A stretch of 64,000 nucleotides of DNA from a virus (Duplodnaviria; Caudoviricetes), in IMG/VR virus record IMGVR_UViG_3300044856_000241, positions 128,001-192,000 of that record; one strand, 5' to 3'. The notes under the pieces were generated by a model. The model saw only the letters and a program-made list of their open reading frames with translations, did no database searches and was not told the origin of the DNA. Positions 46,700-54,426 of the stretch are shown here, piece by piece (the stretch's first letter is position 1; the number at the start of each line of letters is the position of its first letter). The position numbers were made by a program, and so were the translations under genes.

Positions 46700-48205
46700 A
46701 TGGCAAATAATACTTTAAATACACGTATCATTCTTTGTAATGATACAAGTACAAACTGGGGTTCATCAACTAAAGTTCTGTTAAAAGGAGAACTTGGTAT
46801 TGAGTTAGCAAATGATGCTGCCCCAAAATTTAAAATTGGTGATGGTGTCAATGTTTATAAAGATTTAGATTATGTAACAATGACACCGGCAGAAATTAGC
46901 ACTGCAATTAATACAGCAGTAACAAATGCAAAACATACGCATAGTAATAAGGACATCCTTGATGCTATTACGGCTTCATTCACAAAAGAATTAAAAGCAA
47001 ATTATGACAAAGCTTATACACATTCACAGTCTGCTCACGCGCCAAGTAATGCTCAGGCAAACGTAATTGAGAGTGTAAAAGTAAATGGTTCAGCTCTCAC
47101 ACCATCTAGTAAAGCTGTAAATATTACTGTACCAACAAAAGTAAGTGATCTTACAAATGATAAAGGATATATTTCTTCTTATACTAATACAACATATTCT
47201 TTAGGTGCTACTGCAAGTGCTACTAATGGTAATGTAAAAGTAAATCTTACAGGAAGTGACAGCAGCGAAAAATCTGTAACAATCAAAGGTAGCGGTGCAA
47301 CAACGGTTACAACAGGTTCAGATGGCGTGATTACTGTTGCATCAACGAATACTGTGTATTCTCACCCAAGTTCCGGAGTAACCGCTGGTACATATAAGTC
47401 TGTTACTGTAAATGCACAAGGACATGTAACTTCTGGCAGTAATCCTACAACACTTTCAGGATATGGAATCAGTGATGCTTATACAAAAACTCAGACAGAT
47501 ACAGCAATAACAACTGCAATCGGTAAAGCAGGGCATTTAAAACGTGAAATTGTGTCGGCATTACCAAGTGTAAATTCTGCTGATACAAATACGATATATA
47601 TGGTTCCGAAAGCATCTGGAGCAACAGGATCTTCTGATACTAACGGATATGATGAATATATGCTGGTAGTAAGTGGAGATATAAAAAAATTTGAAAAAAT
47701 AGGTGATTCTGCGGTAGACCTTACAAATTATGCAACAAAATCATATGCAAATTCTGCTGCTAGTACAGCTGTATCTAACGCTGCTAAGAATTATGCAACT
47801 TCGGCTCAGGGAGCTAAAGCAGATACTGCTGTTCAGTCTGTAAAAATTGGAACAACAGAATATAAATCTGGAACAACGGTTACACTTCCAGCTTACCCTA
47901 CTACCCTGCCAGCTTCTGATGTATATGCTTGGGCAAAGGCAAGTAGCAAACCAACTTATACTAAAAGTGAAGTTGGTTTAGGTAACGTAGATAATACAGC
48001 AGACGCTAACAAGTCTGTTAAATATGCAACAAGTGCAGGATCTGCAACTTCTGCTACTACTGCAAGTAAATTAGGAACAAATGCAGGATCTTCTACACAT
48101 CCTGTTTATTTCTCAAATGGTGTTCCTGTTGCATGTAATGTCTCCACCGACTATTTTACACAGGGTTCTAATACTCTCGTACTTGATGGTGGCGGAGCAG
48201 CTTAA
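46700..48205 (+). CDS. tail/head fibre protein with Mtd/hyaluronidase-type N-terminal domain
   Basis: NW....VLLKGELGIE...KIGDG; VPTKVSDLTND; SVTVNAQGHVT; PTTLSGYGISDA; VGLGNVDNTAD. Confidence 0.8.
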   Translation: MANNTLNTRIILCNDTSTNWGSSTKVLLKGELGIELANDAAPKFKIGDGVNVYKDLDYVTMTPAEISTAINTAVTNAKHTHSNKDILDAITASFTKELKANYDKAYTHSQSAHAPSNAQANVIESVKVNGSALTPSSKAVNITVPTKVSDLTNDKGYISSYTNTTYSLGATASATNGNVKVNLTGSDSSEKSVTIKGSGATTVTTGSDGVITVASTNTVYSHPSSGVTAGTYKSVTVNAQGHVTSGSNPTTLSGYGISDAYTKTQTDTAITTAIGKAGHLKREIVSALPSVNSADTNTIYMVPKASGATGSSDTNGYDEYMLVVSGDIKKFEKIGDSAVDLTNYATKSYANSAASTAVSNAAKNYATSAQGAKADTAVQSVKIGTTEYKSGTTVTLPAYPTTLPASDVYAWAKASSKPTYTKSEVGLGNVDNTADANKSVKYATSAGSATSATTASKLGTNAGSSTHPVYFSNGVPVACNVSTDYFTQGSNTLVLDGGGAA

Positions 48206-48306
48206 CGAACTTTATTTATATAATGAGAATATTTCTGCGTATTCATTTGTTGAGCGATTATGTGATGAATACGCAGAACTCATTTTAATAAAGGAGGAAT
48301 TTTTGA

Positions 48307-51177
48307 ATGGCTGATAAAACTATTAATGTTAGACACGTTCAAAAACATGATACAGAAAATAACTGGACTTCGAAAAATCCTGTATTATTAGCTGGCGAAA
48401 TGGCTTTTACTACAGATGGAACGAATGCTGGAAAATATAAATTAGGTGATGGTACTTCCAAATGGTCTGCTCTTTCTTATGCAAAAGCAAAATTGGAGAA
48501 ATCTGATGTAACTGGGGCATTAGGATACACACCGCCTACAACAAATACTACATATTCGACTGGAACATCGTCTACATCTGGATTAACAAAATTATATACA
48601 AGTACAGGTAGCGCAACAGACGGAACTATGACACAAGCTGCGATTAACACTGCTCTCTCTGGTAAAGCACCTAGTGGTCATACACACACAAAATCTCAGA
48701 TTACTGATTTTCCGACTTCTTTACCTGCCAATGGTGGAAATGCATCTACTGCTAACAAGTTAACAACAGCTAGAAGTATTTCACTTGGAAGTGGTGCTTC
48801 TGGCTCTGTAAATTTTGATGGATCTGACAATGTTACACTTCCAGTAACTTCTATGAAAGAAGCATATTTAACATGGGGTGGTAAAAACTTTGACGGATCC
48901 TATGGTTGTATTGATGCCGCTATGATTCCAGATTTAGGTGCTAATAGATTAGCCTTTGGTAGTGGTGACGGCATTACAATTGAATATTCCAGAGATAGTG
49001 GGGCTACTTGGACAAGTTGTAATCTTTCATCAACAAATCGTGGTTTAATGTTATCTACCGGATATTCGGTATCAATAGGTATGGCAGATAGTACAAATAA
49101 AGCAACCGCCGCTTATATGTTAAGAGTGACGCTTGATACAGATAAAATTCCTGTATATACAGTATTAAACAAATTTGCTATATATGTATCTACAAATGGA
49201 TCTGGTGGATGTTATTGTTCCATTGACGCTTCACTAGAGTCAACACCTACAACATGGGTTAATTTTGCTAGTAAAGTAAACATTTCTGGTTGGTCTGGTT
49301 GGAATATTATTAATACAAATAATATAACAACTTATGGAAATTCAAAAGCTACTCAGTATGGATTAATTCGGTTTACATTTGGGTGTACAAGTGGCAGTAC
49401 AACTTATAGCGGATTACAAATTAATCGTATTATGGGATTTGGTGGCGTTGGTTGGTCAACTCCGTCTAATATGGCTAATAATGGTCATCTTTATTCATAT
49501 GATGGTGTAGGAAATGTAACTTTTCCGGCAAAGGTAACTGCAAACGCATTTATTGGTCAGTTATCTGGTAATGCAAATACTGCTACCGCTCTTACTTCTT
49601 CCGCAGGTTCTGCAACTCAACCTGTATATTTTACGGGAGGTAAACCTACCGCTTGCACATATACATTAGGCAAAAGTGTACCTTCTAATGCGGTATTCAC
49701 AGATACAGATACATGGAGACCATTAGGTACTACAGCTGATACCGCTTGTGCTGGTAATGATTCGAGACTATCAGACGCAAGACCTGCAAGTGACGTATCT
49801 GCATGGGCTAAAGCAAGTAGTAAACCAAGTTATAGTAAATCCGAAATCGGTTTGGGTAATGTTGATAACACTGCTGATAGTGCCAAATCTGTTAAATACG
49901 CTACATCAGCTGGTTCTGCAAGTAGTGCAACAACTGCAACAAAGTTATCAACAAGTGCTGGTTCTTCTACACAGCCGATATACTTCTCCAATGGAACACC
50001 TACTGCTTGTAGTTATACTCTTGGAAAATCAGTGCCAAGTAATGCCGTATTTACAGATACAACATACACAGTCGCAACAACTTCAAAAGACGGTTTGATG
50101 AGTTCTGCTGATAAAACAACTTTAAATTCTGTTGTTTCAAGAATGAAACGGAATGTATTTGTAATCACAGATTCTTACGGTGTATACAAAAGTAATTCTG
50201 ATCCATCTGGCGATCCAATGGTATTCCCAAGTTATTTTACAAAAGTGTTTAATTTTATGGGATTTGTTGCTCATCATGGTGGAAATTTTAATGCTGGTGC
50301 AAGTAATTCTGCTGATTTTGCAGCAATTTATAAAAATGAAGCAAAACCAAAAATTACTGCGGAATTAACTGACTTGATTATTGTTGGCGGATTTAATGAT
50401 CGTGAAGCTGAACCAAGTGCAATTCACGCAGGAATTAAACGTCTCTATGATGCAGTAATTAAAGATTATCCAAATTGTAAAATTTCAATTGGTCACTTTG
50501 GATGGTCTAGTACACCAGATTCTAAAGTTCGTGATAGTATGCTTACGCACTCACTTGTTGCATACAGAGCTTGTACGACCGACGGATGTGCATATATGCC
50601 AAATAGTGAGTATACCATGCACAATTATTCGTTATTCACAACAGATAACGTGCATCCAAACACAAATGGAAAAGCTGAAATTGTAAAACAAATTTTTGAA
50701 TATCTGTGTACAGGGACATGTGATGTACATTATCCTTACAGATTAATCACAATACCGGCAACCGGAAATATAACAACAACGTATCAAGTTGGATTTAAAT
50801 TGGATAATAATATTGTTACAATGTTTTTACCAAATACATCATTAGCATTTAAGAATTATCCACCAATGGGTGCAAATGCATTATCTCAATTTATGTGTAT
50901 TGCAAGTATTGGAAGTAGAGATACTTGTGGATATGCGATGGGTATGTGTGATGATAAATATCATGTACAAAAAAGTCTTCCAATAAAAGGTTATTTTACT
51001 TGTTCTGATGGCACATTTAGACCTCTTGATTCTTGTGATTTTTATTTACAAGGCGGATTTATCATGTGTAGAGCTAACATTTTGGCAAGCCCAACTTCTG
51101 CATATTTACCAGACTTTTATGCAACAGGTTTCCAGATAAGAGGATGTGTAATTCAACTTACATGTGACCAATGTTAA
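48307..51177 (+). CDS. fibre/receptor-binding protein with C-terminal SGNH hydrolase domain
   Basis: NWTSKNPVLLAGE...KLGDG N-terminus; fibre repeats; ITDSYG, GGFND, DNVHPN SGNH blocks. Confidence 0.8.
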   Translation: MADKTINVRHVQKHDTENNWTSKNPVLLAGEMAFTTDGTNAGKYKLGDGTSKWSALSYAKAKLEKSDVTGALGYTPPTTNTTYSTGTSSTSGLTKLYTSTGSATDGTMTQAAINTALSGKAPSGHTHTKSQITDFPTSLPANGGNASTANKLTTARSISLGSGASGSVNFDGSDNVTLPVTSMKEAYLTWGGKNFDGSYGCIDAAMIPDLGANRLAFGSGDGITIEYSRDSGATWTSCNLSSTNRGLMLSTGYSVSIGMADSTNKATAAYMLRVTLDTDKIPVYTVLNKFAIYVSTNGSGGCYCSIDASLESTPTTWVNFASKVNISGWSGWNIINTNNITTYGNSKATQYGLIRFTFGCTSGSTTYSGLQINRIMGFGGVGWSTPSNMANNGHLYSYDGVGNVTFPAKVTANAFIGQLSGNANTATALTSSAGSATQPVYFTGGKPTACTYTLGKSVPSNAVFTDTDTWRPLGTTADTACAGNDSRLSDARPASDVSAWAKASSKPSYSKSEIGLGNVDNTADSAKSVKYATSAGSASSATTATKLSTSAGSSTQPIYFSNGTPTACSYTLGKSVPSNAVFTDTTYTVATTSKDGLMSSADKTTLNSVVSRMKRNVFVITDSYGVYKSNSDPSGDPMVFPSYFTKVFNFMGFVAHHGGNFNAGASNSADFAAIYKNEAKPKITAELTDLIIVGGFNDREAEPSAIHAGIKRLYDAVIKDYPNCKISIGHFGWSSTPDSKVRDSMLTHSLVAYRACTTDGCAYMPNSEYTMHNYSLFTTDNVHPNTNGKAEIVKQIFEYLCTGTCDVHYPYRLITIPATGNITTTYQVGFKLDNNIVTMFLPNTSLAFKNYPPMGANALSQFMCIASIGSRDTCGYAMGMCDDKYHVQKSLPIKGYFTCSDGTFRPLDSCDFYLQGGFIMCRANILASPTSAYLPDFYATGFQIRGCVIQLTCDQC

Positions 51178-51219
51178 AAATAAAATTTGCGATATTGTAT
51201 TATTGACTTGGAGGACTTT

Positions 51220-52344
51220 ATGGGAAATATATTTTCAAAAACATTGTTTAAGCGGTTTGTAGATAATCACTATGGAAGAAAAAATATCTCTCATATTGGC
51301 TCTACTGCTACTGAAGCAATTTATAATTTATATAAAAATACACATAAATGTTATGTGGTTATTTCAGACTCTTATGGTGGATATAACTTATCCACCGATT
51401 ATTTAAAAAATAATTTAACAGCTAAATTACCAGACGTTGATTTTAAATCTATTTCTTGTGTAGCTGGAGCATGTTTTAATTCTGGAGACGCAACTTTTGA
51501 TAAATTACTTGCAGCAATGGATTTAAACGGTGTAACAGATATCATTCTTGTAGGCGGCTTTAATGACCGCGAATCGTCACAGGAAAATATAATGCAAGGA
51601 ATTAAAAGGGTTCGTGATTTGATCGATGAGAATATTCGAATTCACATTGGACATCATGCCTGGTCTTCTCTTCTTGAATCTAGTGTTCGTGACCTATTGA
51701 TTGTAAATAGTATACCGGCTTATAGAAAATGTAGTACATATAATAATTGTTTTTATATGAAGAATTATGAATATGTGATGCATGATTATTCTTTGTTTCA
51801 GGAAGACAACGTACACCCGAACGAAAATGGAGCACAACAAATTTGTAGACAGATTGCAAGATATATCGAAACAGGTACTTGTGATGTACACTATCAATAT
51901 AAGGTGCTGAGTTTTCAGTCTGGGTATAACACTGCCACTGCTTATGAAGTGGCATATGTATTAGATAACGACTTAGTTACAATTTATTTACCAACAATTC
52001 CTATCAATTTTACAAATCCTATTACATGTGGTGTGAATAATGATGATACTCAACTATTACAGGTGGGATATCCGACCGGAGATAATAGAGGTTATATGAT
52101 GGGAATGTATGATGGGCGACAAAATGTACAGCATGTATTATGTTTGAACGGATATTTTAAAACAGATGCAAATGGCACCCCGCTATATGTTGGTATGGAA
52201 GGATGCAAATTTGTTTTACAGGGTGGATTTATACATATGTATAACAATACAATCGCTGCAGACGGTACAAATTTCCAAGTATTTAATGCTGTTGCTATGG
52301 AAATCCGTGGCGGAACATTTACTATTCCAACATTAGCTTGTTAA
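51220..52344 (+). CDS. stand-alone SGNH/GDSL hydrolase, paralog of the preceding C-terminal region
   Basis: ISDSYG, GGFNDRE, DNVHPN, TGTCDVHY shared with 48307-51177. Confidence 0.8.
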   Translation: MGNIFSKTLFKRFVDNHYGRKNISHIGSTATEAIYNLYKNTHKCYVVISDSYGGYNLSTDYLKNNLTAKLPDVDFKSISCVAGACFNSGDATFDKLLAAMDLNGVTDIILVGGFNDRESSQENIMQGIKRVRDLIDENIRIHIGHHAWSSLLESSVRDLLIVNSIPAYRKCSTYNNCFYMKNYEYVMHDYSLFQEDNVHPNENGAQQICRQIARYIETGTCDVHYQYKVLSFQSGYNTATAYEVAYVLDNDLVTIYLPTIPINFTNPITCGVNNDDTQLLQVGYPTGDNRGYMMGMYDGRQNVQHVLCLNGYFKTDANGTPLYVGMEGCKFVLQGGFIHMYNNTIAADGTNFQVFNAVAMEIRGGTFTIPTLAC

Positions 52345-52382
52345 AAATGCATAGGGATATTGTAAAATATCTCTATGTTTAT

Positions 52383-52455
52383 GCCGATGTAGCTCAGTTG
52401 GTAGAGCAGCTGATTTGTAATCAGCAGGTTATCGGTTCGAGTCCGATCATCGGCT
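52383..52455 (+). tRNA. tRNA-Thr(TGT)
   Basis: GCCGATG/CATCGGC; GCTGA-TTTGTAA-TCAGC; ATCGG-TTCGAGT-CCGAT. Confidence 0.95.
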
Positions 52456-52536
52456 TTAATGAAATATTTGTTTCAACAGGCGTGTAGTCCACTGTGGCTA
52501 CACGCTATTATTATGTGGATAAAAAGGAGAATGCTT

Positions 52537-52701
52537 ATGTTTGGTATCAATTTACTTAAAGATGACAATATAAATGTTAACTCTGTTGATTTTAAAGAAA
52601 AAATTGCGGATACTCTGAAAAATTACGTAATTGATCATTGGGACACTGTTGTATCTTTTGAAGATGGCGATAATGAAATATTGGTAAAAGTTGATTTATA
52701 G
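52537..52701 (+). CDS. small acidic hypothetical protein
   Basis: AAGGAG SD 7 nt before ATG 52537. Confidence 0.55.
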   Translation: MFGINLLKDDNINVNSVDFKEKIADTLKNYVIDHWDTVVSFEDGDNEILVKVDL

Positions 52702-52702
52702 A

Positions 52703-52921
52703 TTATTTATCAACTTCAAATCGATTCACAAAATCGCAATTCTTACAATGGATTTCAAAAAGATATCTGTTTTCAGAATCAGCTAATCTATTTGGATGAT
52801 ATATATTTGTATTGATTATTTCTACGGAAAGTCTTGGAGAATATATATTTTGTGGAACTATATACTCCCATTCTAAAGTTTTATTACATTTCTTACAATT
52901 AATTTTACCAGTTAGTTTCAT
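52703..52921 (-). CDS. small Zn-ribbon protein
   Basis: CKKC...CKNC; GAGGT SD. Confidence 0.65.
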   Translation of the reverse strand: MKLTGKINCKKCNKTLEWEYIVPQNIYSPRLSVEIINTNIYHPNRLADSENRYLFEIHCKNCDFVNRFEVDK

Positions 52922-52978
52922 AAATTATTACCTCGCGTTTTTATTAAATATAGCATGTATGGAGGTGTTTATCAAGTT

Positions 52979-53086
52979 ATGCCTGGAATGAAAGGAATTT
53001 ATAGAATTAATCCTGCGTTGCTCGGCGGATTGTGTGGCGGATGTACTGCTGTTTTGATCCATTTGATATATGTATTAATTAAGTAA
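52979..53086 (+). CDS. 35-aa membrane peptide (not in ORF track)
   Basis: MPGMKGIYRINPALLGGLCGGCTAVLIHLIYVLIK; GGAGGTG upstream. Confidence 0.5.
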   Translation: MPGMKGIYRINPALLGGLCGGCTAVLIHLIYVLIK

Positions 53087-53190
53087 ATTCGTTTAACTGT
53101 ATACAAATATTATCCATATGGAGAATACAAACATAACAACCATAGCGGTTAGGCGTTGATTTCTTGTCGGCGGGAAGTGGTTGATTTTTT

Positions 53191-53281
53191 GAGTAGAAGC
53201 AAACTCGGAGTAGCTACCAGTTTGTATGTGGTTATCTAACCTCACCACTCTTCTACTCTCTTTCTATTTAGTATGAGGTTA
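53191..53281 (+). ncRNA. three-way-junction leader RNA with anti-SD loop (copy B)
   Basis: P1 GAGTAGAAG/CTTCTACTC, P2 CAAACT/AGTTTG, P3 GTGG/CCAC; loop TAACCTCA complementary to TGAGGTTA at 53274-53281. Confidence 0.6.
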
Positions 53282-53371
53282 TGGAAATTATATAGAATAT
53301 TTAGAAAGCACTCTTACTGCTCTTGCAGAGAGTGCTTAATTTATTGGAGAAAAAGGAAGAAGGTGATTACG

Positions 53372-54424
53372 ATGGCTACATTAAAACAAGCCAAGACGGA
53401 TGAAGAAGTTCAGAAATTAACTGTGACAAATGTAAAAAAAGCTTATCATGATTTAGCCATTGATTATAATCATTTGCTTAATCTTAATTATGTATATTGT
53501 CCACATTGCGGGAAATGGAAAACGGCAAAAGCATTTTATTCATCCAACACTACTAAAAGCGGGATTGAACATTTTGCCTGTAAAGAATGTATTCTTGATA
53601 TGTGTACAGATAAATTAAAAGATGGAAGTCGCGCAGACAATCGTGAAAAAACTATTGATACTTTTCGGCGTTTAGATTGGGTGTTCCCAGAATCTGTATA
53701 CAATGATCAGTTAGATTTGTTAGCTGAAGGAACTGGTGAAAAAGTTCGCGGTACTGCTGCCCAACAGCTTATTGTTATGATTAAATCCCTCCCAAATTGG
53801 AAAGGACAAAAATTTAAAGACTCTGTATTTTGTGATGAAGGAGATAGCATATCACAAGAAGATACAAAAATCGTACAAAAAACTTTGAAAGCTGCTCGTA
53901 AACGATTCGGTAATGATTATACTCAGGAAGAACTTATGTTTCTTGAAAATGAATACCAAGATTGGATATCTAGGTATGATTGTTCGCAAAAAGCACAAGA
54001 AGAAACATTTCAAAATTTATCAATTTTAAAATTAATGAAGAGAAATGCAATTAAAAAAGGACAGTCAACGAAAGATTTGGATTATTCATATCAACAATGG
54101 TTAGATACAGGTAATTTAAAACCAAAACAAAATACAATGGATACGTTTTCTGATGCTCAAACAATGGGCACACTTATTCAAAAATATGAAGAAACAAGAC
54201 CTCTACCGGATATAGACCCAGAACTTTCAGATGTTGACAAAATAGGATTATATATAGATGCATTTTATCGTGGACATGCATCAAAAATGCTTGGATTGAA
54301 AAATAGATTCTCTCATATTTATGAGAAAGTTATGTCTAAGTATACCGTAAAACAACCATCTTATGATGAAGAATCTGATAGTGAAATTCTTTTTGATAAG
54401 ATTTTTGGTAGTAAAGAGGAATAA
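53372..54424 (+). CDS. Zn-finger protein, probable terminase small subunit
   Basis: CPHC...CKEC; FLENEYQDW; directly upstream of the large terminase; start after AAGGTGA. Confidence 0.65.
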   Translation: MATLKQAKTDEEVQKLTVTNVKKAYHDLAIDYNHLLNLNYVYCPHCGKWKTAKAFYSSNTTKSGIEHFACKECILDMCTDKLKDGSRADNREKTIDTFRRLDWVFPESVYNDQLDLLAEGTGEKVRGTAAQQLIVMIKSLPNWKGQKFKDSVFCDEGDSISQEDTKIVQKTLKAARKRFGNDYTQEELMFLENEYQDWISRYDCSQKAQEETFQNLSILKLMKRNAIKKGQSTKDLDYSYQQWLDTGNLKPKQNTMDTFSDAQTMGTLIQKYEETRPLPDIDPELSDVDKIGLYIDAFYRGHASKMLGLKNRFSHIYEKVMSKYTVKQPSYDEESDSEILFDKIFGSKEE

Positions 54425-54426
54425 CT

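Noticed and set aside
46700-52344. Diversity-generating retroelement acting on the Mtd-like fibres
   Set aside because: No reverse transcriptase in the window, and the repeat copies differ at synonymous positions rather than specifically at adenines
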